In this document: one piece after another, positions 40,917-49,493 of the stretch | Position numbering within the stretch: the first letter of the stretch is position 1 | How the letters are laid out: each line of letters begins with the position of its first letter | DNA from: an uncultured Ruminiclostridium sp. | GTDB lineage: Bacteria; Bacillota; Clostridia; Oscillospirales; Ruminococcaceae | Assembly: GCA_905235805.1 (NCBI GenBank) | Contig: CAJOMV010000084.1 | Span: 5,354-69,353 of the forward strand | Direction: 5' to 3' | DNA: 64,000 nucleotides | Translations under genes and position numbers: made by a program | Notes under the pieces: generated by a model | Told to the model about the DNA's origin: nothing | Database searches by the model: none | What the model saw: the letters and a program-made list of their open reading frames with translations, nothing else

Positions 40917-43235
40917 TTATGAAGTGATATACAGAATATCGGGCATGAGGGTGATGCAGTCATTCTCGTCAAAGCGGAAGTCTATGTACATAATGCTGTG
41001 ACCCTCGCCGTCTGTGAAGCGCCAGCTGTAGGAGTTGTCCGCTTCGTCGTAGAAGCAGGTTCCGCCGAGGATATCCATTACCTCGGACAGGGAAGAGCCC
41101 TTGTGTATTCTCCCGCCCAGCAGCGACATCTGTTCCTCGGTAAGCTCATCGGGCTTTACAGTGAGGAACAAACCGTCGTAGTAATGCTTGTCGCTCTCAA
41201 AGTTATGAATGAAGTCGATAACTACGGAAGTCTCACCGTTTATGGGTTCCGTAGGCTCGTAGTCGAGAGGAAGCTTGATATCATTGTACACGGTGCAGAG
41301 TTCATCGAAGGTCAGCCCCTCCGGCACAACGCACTCCATTGCGTCGGGCAGGGGATCGAACATTTCCTCACGGCTCAGCAGCTCAGAGCCGATGACTACA
41401 GTGTCCCCCAGCTTCACCCACTGGATATTGCCGCGCCATGTGGAGGTATCGAAGAAGTAGTACACCTGCACCTTGCCGCCGTTGCGGTAGTTGGTGCTGT
41501 GAGGTTTTGTCAGACCCAGGCGTTCGAGCTCTGTGCCCTTGTACATATCAAGCGGTAACTCCGCGCTCGGTGTGAGCACTCGTCCGTCAACCATTTCCAC
41601 GGTCATCTCCGCCACGGGAGCCTCAAAGTCGCCACCGAAAATGCCTTCCTCTGTGTCGGTATAAACGCACTCGATTATGCCGTCACCGATGTATATTTGC
41701 TCGAGCGGAGCTTCCGCGCCGTTCGGCTGGGTTATGAGAGTACCCTTCGGCACAGCCATTTCGGCGGTGATAGCGGGGTACTTGTTCGTGACTTCCACGG
41801 TGAGGTGGGGGTTCTGCTCGATAAGCTCTCTGCGCTCCTCGAGATTTTCGGGAAGGTCTATCTCTGAACTGCACCAGAGATAAGCAAGGTCGAGCGAATA
41901 AACGGGCTCGGGCATGATATAGCTTATCTTTTCACCTTTTCTTATGCAGGAATTCTCCTCCCGGAACACTGTTTCGGTTCCCTGCTGCCAGTCGGCAACA
42001 CTCACGTCTTCGCTGAACTCAAATCCATAGGAGGTATCGGGGGAATTCGGATGTGAATTGAATTTTTGGCGTACCGTATATGTCATATCCAGCTTCAGCC
42101 CGTCGAAGGCAAGGTCGGTGATGACGACCTGCCAATCGCCGTAATCGAGGACATTACCGTCCGGGAGAGCCATGCTGCGCGGCACGAATGCCGTCACATC
42201 GTTCAGGTCGTAGATAGCCTCACGGGGGTCAAATTCCAGTATGCCCGCGGTCTTTTCCGCGTTTGTCGGAGTGAAGGTGCCCTTGCCGAGCGTTACGAAA
42301 TAGCCCTCGCTATACAGCGCGTCGAGGTAGCAGTCCTGCAGCGCCTTGAGGTAATCGGGGTCGCTGATATCGAGGTATTCTATCCTTACCGCGTCATGGG
42401 TTACGGTAGTCTTTCCGAGCTCGAATCTGCCGTCCGGGTCGGTATAGCCGTACTTCACGCCGGTCATCTTGCCGTCCGTGGTGTACATTGTGATACGCTT
42501 ATCCGCGTCGGCAGGGTAGGGGGCGTTATTGTCCTTTTCGCCCGCGTAGCGCGCATAGCTGTCCTCGAGGTCCATGAACCAGAATTCACACTCCGTCATT
42601 AACGACTTTGTCGTTCCGTCAAAGTGCACCGAGCAGGAATTATCGTCGGACATCAGTGAGTGGTAATCGCCGTTTGCCCAGCCCTCACCGAACATCGGGG
42701 ATACGCGGTTGTAGTCTATGCCGGGGAAATTCTTCACATCGGTATTTCCTGTGAAGATCAGGTCATACTCCATGCTGAAGTTGATCCCGTCGAACTGCCA
42801 CCACAGCACCTTCACTGTAACATCACCGAGGTCGAACACGTTTTCCTTCTCTTCCGACAGCTCCGTGCTCATATCATCGTATACCGGGGCAGCGGTAGTC
42901 TGCTCCGCATGGTACGCGGCATTCCCGCCCTCGGACAGCGGCACGAACTGCGGCAGCTTCACGAAGCCAGTCCCGAGCGCCGTTATCCCGAGAGCCGCGG
43001 CTGCCGTAAGCGATATCCCCGCCACAAGGGGAGCACGGCTCTTTCGCTTCTCACTCGGCATATCGCCTGTGGGCAGGTCGCGCGCGTCTATTCTCCGCAC
43101 GTTTCCGTTATTTTTCTCTTTCTCCATTTTATCAGCCCTTTCAAACACCTTTTCGCATATAGCGTCATTGTCGTAAGAGTGGTATTTCTGATAAAGACCG
43201 GAGAAGGTATCGTCAAACATCTTTCTGTAATCCAT
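40917..43235 (-). CDS. Putative anti-sigma factor A2 (single TM, large ectodomain)
   Basis: Overlaps ECF gene; shares RxDAR(E/D)LPTG, SRAPL and FxPLxEGGxAAY motifs with A1. Confidence 0.75.
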   Translation of the reverse strand: MDYRKMFDDTFSGLYQKYHSYDNDAICEKVFERADKMEKEKNNGNVRRIDARDLPTGDMPSEKRKSRAPLVAGISLTAAAALGITALGTGFVKLPQFVPLSEGGNAAYHAEQTTAAPVYDDMSTELSEEKENVFDLGDVTVKVLWWQFDGINFSMEYDLIFTGNTDVKNFPGIDYNRVSPMFGEGWANGDYHSLMSDDNSCSVHFDGTTKSLMTECEFWFMDLEDSYARYAGEKDNNAPYPADADKRITMYTTDGKMTGVKYGYTDPDGRFELGKTTVTHDAVRIEYLDISDPDYLKALQDCYLDALYSEGYFVTLGKGTFTPTNAEKTAGILEFDPREAIYDLNDVTAFVPRSMALPDGNVLDYGDWQVVITDLAFDGLKLDMTYTVRQKFNSHPNSPDTSYGFEFSEDVSVADWQQGTETVFREENSCIRKGEKISYIMPEPVYSLDLAYLWCSSEIDLPENLEERRELIEQNPHLTVEVTNKYPAITAEMAVPKGTLITQPNGAEAPLEQIYIGDGIIECVYTDTEEGIFGGDFEAPVAEMTVEMVDGRVLTPSAELPLDMYKGTELERLGLTKPHSTNYRNGGKVQVYYFFDTSTWRGNIQWVKLGDTVVIGSELLSREEMFDPLPDAMECVVPEGLTFDELCTVYNDIKLPLDYEPTEPINGETSVVIDFIHNFESDKHYYDGLFLTVKPDELTEEQMSLLGGRIHKGSSLSEVMDILGGTCFYDEADNSYSWRFTDGEGHSIMYIDFRFDENDCITLMPDILYITS

Positions 43236-43722
43236 TTTCATGACCTTCCTTTCTTTCCTCTGACAGTATCTCGCCGAGCTGCTTTCGCCCGCGCACCAGC
43301 CGGAGCTTCACCGCGGACTCCTTTATCCCGAGCATATCAGCTATCTCCTTTACCGTATAGCCCTCGTAGTAGTGCATATACAGCGTGACGCGGAGCTTCT
43401 TCCCGAGCTTCATTATCTCGGGCAGGAGGCTCTCCCCGGGGTCGTTTCCGGGCGCTGCTACCTCCTCGGCTGCGGAGAGCGGCTCGGAGAATCTGTACCA
43501 GTGTGACCGCAGTATGTCTCTGCTCCTGTTTATCGCGCACCGCAGGAGCCACGCCTTGACGTGCTCGTCGCTCGCAAAGCCCCCGGTGTAGGTATATAAC
43601 GCGAGGAAAACGTCCTGCGTGACGTCGTCCGCGTCGCTGACGTTCTTCACACAGCACAGCGCGGTCGCCCACACGCTCTCCTTGAACAGCCTTACATACC
43701 GTTCAAGCTCGATCTCTGTCAT
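43213..43722 (-). CDS. ECF sigma factor A2
   Basis: Close paralog of A1 (ELERYVR, DADDVTQDVF, AWLLRCAINRS, YMHYYEGYTV). Confidence 0.93.
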   Translation of the reverse strand: MTEIELERYVRLFKESVWATALCCVKNVSDADDVTQDVFLALYTYTGGFASDEHVKAWLLRCAINRSRDILRSHWYRFSEPLSAAEEVAAPGNDPGESLLPEIMKLGKKLRVTLYMHYYEGYTVKEIADMLGIKESAVKLRLVRGRKQLGEILSEERKEGHENGLQKDV

Positions 43723-43761
43723 CATACCCCTCTCTTTCTTTCTGAAAGGTCCTTTCAATAG

Positions 43762-43791
43762 TAATACGTTTGAGCGGGTCGAAAAGTTACA
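43762..43791 (-). promoter_or_regulatory. ECF-type promoter A2
   Basis: TGTAAC-N17-CGTATTA on minus strand. Confidence 0.75.
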
Positions 43792-43820
43792 TTTTTTATA
43801 TTAGATTTATCGGAAAAAAT

Positions 43821-43850
43821 CAATGACCGCACAGGAATGTACGGTCATTG
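43821..43850 (-). terminator. Intrinsic terminator
   Basis: caatgaccgcac...gtacggtcattg after anti-sigma B2. Confidence 0.7.
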
Positions 43851-43855
43851 TGTTT

Positions 43856-46105
43856 TTACTGTGCTATTTCCCAGTAATACGGCGTGAAGTCGAAGCGCTT
43901 GATTATTTTTTCCAGGAGGCTTTCCGAGGCAGAGAACGGCTTCGGGGTGATGCGCAGCATCGGTCTGTCTCCGCCGTCATCAAAGGTAACGTTCACGAGG
44001 TCGAGCCTGTCAATGATATATTGCTCCCCGCTCTCGTGATATACGGGGTGCAGTCTGAACCACAGAGCTTCGTTTCGTACTATCGTCATCTGTCCGTCCT
44101 GCCGGTATACCTCATATCCCGCGATCCCGCCGTTCTCATCGGGCAGAGTTTCTATTATATACCAGAGCCCGCCGCCGTAGAATGAGTAGAATTTGTGTCC
44201 CTGCTTGTCGTATGGCATAAGAACGGGATCGAATATATCCTCGTATGGGGTGATCTCGGTAAGCTCCGCGAGATCGATATTTTTCAGCTCCTCGATATTG
44301 TTCAGCTCAGCGAATTTCTGAAGATCCGTGATGACGTGTACCGACATTTCCCGGTAGGCTTTGTTGTCACACGCGAGGAAGCTGTGACCGTACCAGTTGT
44401 AGGAGTCAACGGCAGTCTCATTACCGTGCGCGTCGGTATTGATATTGCCTATGGGCATATATGCCGCACGCTCCTCCTCGGGTGTGATCACGGAGATGTG
44501 CTCCATATTCCCGATGTTATCGGAAAGGTATGCGGCGAGCTCGTAGGTGCCTTCGCGCACTATCACCTCGAGGCCGAAGTCATAGTCCTCGCCGTACATC
44601 ATGGTCGTGACGAACACGATACTCATATCCCCGTAGGTGTCGGGCTGCTCAGCGGCTTTCTCCCACAGCAGCTCCAGCGCTTTTCTGATGTTCAGCGCCC
44701 GGGCGCTCCATGCGTACTTTCCGTCAAGCCTCTGCAAGAAACGCGCGCCGTTCCCCCGGCCGTCATTGTCAACGGAGATCATATAGTTGTCGCCGATGTA
44801 GTAGAAGTCGGTGTCAGTTATCGGCTCGTTATCGAAGTAGCCGCGCACCTCCGCTTTTTGCAGCAGGGTGAGGTATTCCGTTTGCAGCGCTCCGTCACTG
44901 TCGGATACCGCCTTAATACCGTTTATCAGCTCGGTGATAGTGTCCTCGCGGCTGTATGAGGAATCCCGCGCCTCTTTGAGCGCTCTGTCGTATGAGAACC
45001 GCCCGTAGCTGATGTACTCATACACCGTTCCGTTCGCGCAGACGAGCATATCAAGTGCGTCACCCTCGCCGGCGGCGGGCAGTCTGTCGGAGAGGAATTT
45101 CTCCTGCACCGGCAGAGCGGTGACGGTGCTGTTCTCGTGCAGCTCCGAGGGTCCCGCCACGGGGTCGTGAGGCTCTTCGGGCTTCTCGGGAGGCTGGGTA
45201 CCCTTGTAGGCGTAAATGAAGATGTTCTCGAAGTCGAACCCGAAGGTGATCTCCCGCTTGAGGTCTATATAATAATTCGCTATTATGGTGTTCGTACCCG
45301 AAAGCTCCATACCCACGGTGTTGCCCTCGGAGAGAATGGACTTGTCGATATTCAGGTTGGTGAATATCTGCAATTCACCGTCGGAGTTTATCCCATAGAA
45401 TGTGGTGTACATTCCGCCTGTCTTCGCGGCGTACTGTGTGATGAACAGGGGATGGGTGCCGTTTTCATCGTACATGAATTCCACGCTTGCCCGTAGCCAG
45501 TCCATGCTCCTTCCGCCGTTGTCGTACTTAACGCCCTTCGCGGGCATAATTGGCAGCGGGTCTCCGGGGAAGAAGTACATCGTTCCTATCTCGTTCCCCG
45601 TGTTCATATCGGTGACTACAGCGTAAGGGTCACATATCAGCATATACGGGTCGTCCTCAGATATCTGATACACATTGTCCGCGAGCAGCTCCACGCGGTA
45701 TTCAAGCCCCGAGTCGCCGTCTCCGCTCTCTATTGTGAGCAGCAGCACATTGTCCCGACCGGTGCCGTCGTCCTCGCCGTTCTCCGGGAGCACGGGCAGG
45801 TCTTCATAGTCGCTGTACGCAGCGCCGCGGAAGTCCGTTCTGTCGGGGTCAACATAGTCATAGCGGATATACCGCCACAGCATGACCGCGCCCGTTATCA
45901 CGAGAGCAGCGGCTGCAATTCCGATGACGGCGCGTCTGATATAGTACGCCTTGCTCACGGTTTCGTGCTCCACGGTGACAAAGGAGAGCCTGTGGCGCTC
46001 TGTCCCGAACAGGGAACGCCGCTGCTTCGGCATGGTTGAGGTTATGAGCTTTTCGTCCTGTATGCTCCCAATTGCGCGGAGCAGCTTGTCTTCCGGTGTC
46101 CTCAC
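43856..46105 (-). CDS. Putative anti-sigma factor B2 (single TM, large ectodomain)
   Basis: GTG overlaps sigma TGA; LLRAIGSIQDEKLI N-terminus; TM AVIGIAAAALVITGAVMLW. Confidence 0.75.
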   Translation of the reverse strand: MRTPEDKLLRAIGSIQDEKLITSTMPKQRRSLFGTERHRLSFVTVEHETVSKAYYIRRAVIGIAAAALVITGAVMLWRYIRYDYVDPDRTDFRGAAYSDYEDLPVLPENGEDDGTGRDNVLLLTIESGDGDSGLEYRVELLADNVYQISEDDPYMLICDPYAVVTDMNTGNEIGTMYFFPGDPLPIMPAKGVKYDNGGRSMDWLRASVEFMYDENGTHPLFITQYAAKTGGMYTTFYGINSDGELQIFTNLNIDKSILSEGNTVGMELSGTNTIIANYYIDLKREITFGFDFENIFIYAYKGTQPPEKPEEPHDPVAGPSELHENSTVTALPVQEKFLSDRLPAAGEGDALDMLVCANGTVYEYISYGRFSYDRALKEARDSSYSREDTITELINGIKAVSDSDGALQTEYLTLLQKAEVRGYFDNEPITDTDFYYIGDNYMISVDNDGRGNGARFLQRLDGKYAWSARALNIRKALELLWEKAAEQPDTYGDMSIVFVTTMMYGEDYDFGLEVIVREGTYELAAYLSDNIGNMEHISVITPEEERAAYMPIGNINTDAHGNETAVDSYNWYGHSFLACDNKAYREMSVHVITDLQKFAELNNIEELKNIDLAELTEITPYEDIFDPVLMPYDKQGHKFYSFYGGGLWYIIETLPDENGGIAGYEVYRQDGQMTIVRNEALWFRLHPVYHESGEQYIIDRLDLVNVTFDDGGDRPMLRITPKPFSASESLLEKIIKRFDFTPYYWEIAQ

Positions 46106-46662
46106 AGCTTTATTCCCTCCTTTTCGAGATAATCCTTCAGCTTCGCGCGGGTGCGGCTGAGCGTCATCTTTACCTTGCTTTCGCTCATCAGCATCTGCTC
46201 GGCTATTTCCGAGACGGTGCAGAAATGGTAATAGCGTTTCATAAAAATAATACGCTTTTCGCGCGGCAGGGAAGTCACGAACCGCTCTATCAGCCCCGCG
46301 AGCTCATGCTCGTCCGCCGCGTCCTCCACGCTCACATTCGACGGTACGCACTCCGATATCTCCTCATAAGCGAGGGTGTGGGAATGCCCTCCGCGTTTCG
46401 CCGCGGCAAACCTGTCGAGCATATCCATGGCAAGATTGCGCGCGATACGCGCGACGAACGCGCCGAGCTTTGCGGGCGTTTCCGGCGGGATAAGCTCCCA
46501 TACTCTCATATATGTGTCGTTCACGCATTCCTCGCTGTCCTCACGGTTGCCGAGGATATTGTATGTCAGGGTGCGGCAGTAGCCGCCGTATTTTCTGTCG
46601 GTCTCGGAAAGAGCGTCCTCCGACCGCGCGAAATACAGCCCGATAATGTCCTTGTCCTTCAT
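46102..46662 (-). CDS. ECF sigma factor B2
   Basis: Close paralog of B1 (YFARSEDA.SETD.KYG, EDSEECVNDTY, FMKRYYHF, YLEKEGI). Confidence 0.93.
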   Translation of the reverse strand: MKDKDIIGLYFARSEDALSETDRKYGGYCRTLTYNILGNREDSEECVNDTYMRVWELIPPETPAKLGAFVARIARNLAMDMLDRFAAAKRGGHSHTLAYEEISECVPSNVSVEDAADEHELAGLIERFVTSLPREKRIIFMKRYYHFCTVSEIAEQMLMSESKVKMTLSRTRAKLKDYLEKEGIKL

Positions 46663-46690
46663 TTTTCCCTCCCGAAAGCTGTCTTTATAT

Positions 46691-46721
46691 TACAGACGGA
46701 AAAAAGACGTGTCGCGTCACA
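46691..46721 (-). promoter_or_regulatory. ECF-type promoter B2
   Basis: TGTGAC-N17-CGTCTGTA on minus strand. Confidence 0.72.
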
Positions 46722-46860
46722 CTTTTCTGAAAAAATTTTAGCATACTGCGTGGAATATGTCAACGGCTGATATCCGATTCGATAAAAATTACAAAAAAAT
46801 ATTGAAATTATATCAATAATGTGCTATACTACTACCATAAAGCATATAAGGAGAGATAAC

Positions 46861-48042
46861 ATGAAGCGTAAACTCAGAATAACCGCGCTTGCCGTATGCG
46901 CTTCTGTCCTGCTGTGCAGCTGCGGAAACACTCCCGCGCTCGCGGATACGACCACCACGTCGGAAACGACCGCGGCGGAGGAGACGGCGGTAAGCGTCGA
47001 TCACGGTGAGATGCGTGATATCCCGCTGAAGGAGCTGATAGCGGAGATGCACACGGGCTGGAACCTCGGGAACACAATGGATGCTCCCGGCGGCGAGACC
47101 TCGTGGGGAAATCCCGTCACCACCAGAGAAATGATAGACATGGTGTACGACGCGGGCTTCGACGTTATCCGCATACCCACCACATGGGATCAGCATATCG
47201 ACGACGAAAACGGGTATAAGATAGATGAGGACTGGCTCGCTAGAGTACACGAGATAGTGGACTACGCTTTTGACAACGGTATGTATGTCATACTGAATAC
47301 CCACCACGAAACGGGCTGGATAAAGCCCGCGACAAAGGAGCTCGACAGCTTCATGCCGCGCTTCGAGGCGCTGTGGACGCAGATAGCGGAAAGCTTCGAG
47401 GGCTACGGCGACCACCTGCTGTTCGAGGGCCTGAACGAGCCGAGGATAGAGGGCGGCGCGAATGAGTGGAACGGCGGCACCAAGGACGGCAGAGAAGCTC
47501 TCAATGTTCTTAACAAGAAGTTTGTGGACACTGTGAGAGCGACCGGCGGCAATAACTCAAAGCGAGCCCTGCTGATAACTACCTTCGCGGCGGCGGTGGT
47601 GGATTCCACCCTGAAGGCGCTGGAGGTGCCGGACGATGACAGAGTGCTGGTGTCGCTGCACGCGTACACCCCCTACAACTACACCTTCCACCCCATGAGC
47701 GAGTGGGAGACCTACGAGTTCACAGAGTATGTGGCGGGCGATATAGACAATCTGTTCACCACGATAGACAGCTACTTCCTCAGCAAGGATATCCCGGTCA
47801 TCATCACCGAGTACGGCTCCCAGAGCAAGAGCGTCCCGATATATGAGACGCGCACAGACGATGAGAACGTGAAGTGGGTGACCTACTATCTCGAAAAGGC
47901 GAAGGAATACGGAGTGCCGTGCGTGTGGTGGGACAATAATTCCTACTACGGGAGCGGCGAGCGCTTCGGGCTTCTTGACCGCGCGAACCTGAAATGGTAT
48001 GTTCCGCAGGTCGTGGAAGCTATCGGAAAAGTTTATAATTAA
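46861..48042 (+). CDS. GH5 endoglucanase lipoprotein
   Basis: Lipobox LCSC, GWNLGNT, RIPTTW, LNTHH, FEGLNEP (acid/base), HAYTP, ITEYG (nucleophile), WWDN; sigma-A-like TTGAAA-N17-TATACT upstream. Confidence 0.93.
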   Translation: MKRKLRITALAVCASVLLCSCGNTPALADTTTTSETTAAEETAVSVDHGEMRDIPLKELIAEMHTGWNLGNTMDAPGGETSWGNPVTTREMIDMVYDAGFDVIRIPTTWDQHIDDENGYKIDEDWLARVHEIVDYAFDNGMYVILNTHHETGWIKPATKELDSFMPRFEALWTQIAESFEGYGDHLLFEGLNEPRIEGGANEWNGGTKDGREALNVLNKKFVDTVRATGGNNSKRALLITTFAAAVVDSTLKALEVPDDDRVLVSLHAYTPYNYTFHPMSEWETYEFTEYVAGDIDNLFTTIDSYFLSKDIPVIITEYGSQSKSVPIYETRTDDENVKWVTYYLEKAKEYGVPCVWWDNNSYYGSGERFGLLDRANLKWYVPQVVEAIGKVYN

Positions 48043-48073
48043 ATTTCAACCCATACAAGAAAGGATAACGAAA

Positions 48074-49444
48074 ATGGCAGACAAAATTCCCTACAAGACC
48101 TACCTCACCGAGGAGGAAATGCCCACACAGTGGTACAACGTGCGCGCGGACATGAAGCAGAAGCCCGCACCTCTCCTCAACCCCGGCACCGGCAAGCCCA
48201 TGACCGCGGAGGAGCTCTCCGGCGTGTTCTGCGAGGAGCTCGTAAAGCAGGAGCTGGACAACGACACACCTTATATCGACATTCCGCGGGAGATACAGGA
48301 CTTCTATAGAATGTACCGTCCCTCTCCGCTGGTAAGAGCGTATTGTCTCGAGAAGGCTCTCGACACTCCCGCGAAGATATACTACAAGTTCGAGGGCAAC
48401 AACACCTCCGGCTCCCATAAGCTCAACAGCGCCATAGCGCAGGCATACTACGCCAAGAAGCAGGGACTCAAGGGTGTCACCACCGAGACCGGCGCGGGTC
48501 AGTGGGGAACAGCGCTCTCCATGGCGTGCGCATACCTCGGACTTGACTGCAAGGTATATATGGTAAAGGTCTCCTATGAGCAGAAGCCCTTCCGCCGTGA
48601 GGTCATGAGGACCTACGGCGCGGAGGTCACACCTTCTCCGTCTGACACCACAGAGGTCGGCAGGAAGATACTCGCCGAGCACCCCGGCACCACCGGAAGC
48701 CTCGGCTGCGCCATCTCCGAGGCGGTAGAGGTCGCTGTGAGCACAGAGGGCTATCGCTATGTTCTCGGCTCCGTGCTCAATCAGGTGCTCCTGCACCAGT
48801 CCATTATCGGTCTCGAAACTCACGCCGCGTTCAAGAAGATAGGCGTGAAGCCCGATGTCATCATCGGCTGTGCCGGCGGCGGCTCCAACCTCGGCGGACT
48901 TATTGCCCCGTTCATGGGTGAGAAGCTGCGCGGCGAGGCGGATTACAGAATAATCGCGGTTGAGCCCGCGAGCTGCCCCAGCTTCACACGCGGCAAGTAC
49001 GCCTACGATTTCTGCGACACCGGAAAGGTATGCCCGCTCGCGAAGATGTACACTCTCGGCAGCGGCTTTATCCCCTCCGCGAACCACGCGGGCGGTCTCC
49101 GCTACCACGGCATGAGCAGTACGCTTTCCGAGCTGTACGATCAGAAGCTCATGGAAGCTGTATCCGTTGAGCAGACCAGCGTGTTTGCTGCCGCACAGCA
49201 GTTCGCGCGTGTCGAGGGCATTCTCCCCGCTCCCGAGAGCAGCCACGCTATCCGCGTCGCGATAAACGAGGCACTCCGCTGCAAGCAGACAGGCGAGGAG
49301 GAGACCATTCTCTTCGGTCTGACCGGCACGGGTTACTTCGACATGGTCGCTTATCAGAAGTTCAACGACGGCACCATGACCGACTATATCCCCACCGATG
49401 AAGAGCTTGAAAAGAGCTTCGCGACACTGCCGAAAATCGGTTAA
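48074..49444 (+). CDS. trpB2: TrpB2-type tryptophan synthase beta-like PLP enzyme
   Basis: SGSHKLNSA, TETGAGQWG, GGGSN, HAGGLRYHG, APESSHA. Confidence 0.92.
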   Translation: MADKIPYKTYLTEEEMPTQWYNVRADMKQKPAPLLNPGTGKPMTAEELSGVFCEELVKQELDNDTPYIDIPREIQDFYRMYRPSPLVRAYCLEKALDTPAKIYYKFEGNNTSGSHKLNSAIAQAYYAKKQGLKGVTTETGAGQWGTALSMACAYLGLDCKVYMVKVSYEQKPFRREVMRTYGAEVTPSPSDTTEVGRKILAEHPGTTGSLGCAISEAVEVAVSTEGYRYVLGSVLNQVLLHQSIIGLETHAAFKKIGVKPDVIIGCAGGGSNLGGLIAPFMGEKLRGEADYRIIAVEPASCPSFTRGKYAYDFCDTGKVCPLAKMYTLGSGFIPSANHAGGLRYHGMSSTLSELYDQKLMEAVSVEQTSVFAAAQQFARVEGILPAPESSHAIRVAINEALRCKQTGEEETILFGLTGTGYFDMVAYQKFNDGTMTDYIPTDEELEKSFATLPKIG

Positions 49445-49449
49445 AAGAT

Positions 49450-49490
49450 AAAAAATCCCGCCTGCAAAAATTAACGCAGGCGGGATTTTT
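49450..49490. terminator. Bidirectional terminator
   Basis: aaaaatcccgcctgc...gcaggcgggattttt. Confidence 0.85.
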
Positions 49491-49493
49491 CTT

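Noticed and set aside
34632-46662. SigI/RsgI annotation or a mobile element/prophage
   Set aside because: The sigmas are short ECF type; no integrase, transposase, att repeats or obvious GC shift
46800-46860. GH5 as a direct target of the adjacent ECF sigmas
   Set aside because: Upstream region shows a sigma-A-like TTGAAA-N17-TATACT and no AAC-N17-CGT motif, so the glycan-sensing link is contextual only
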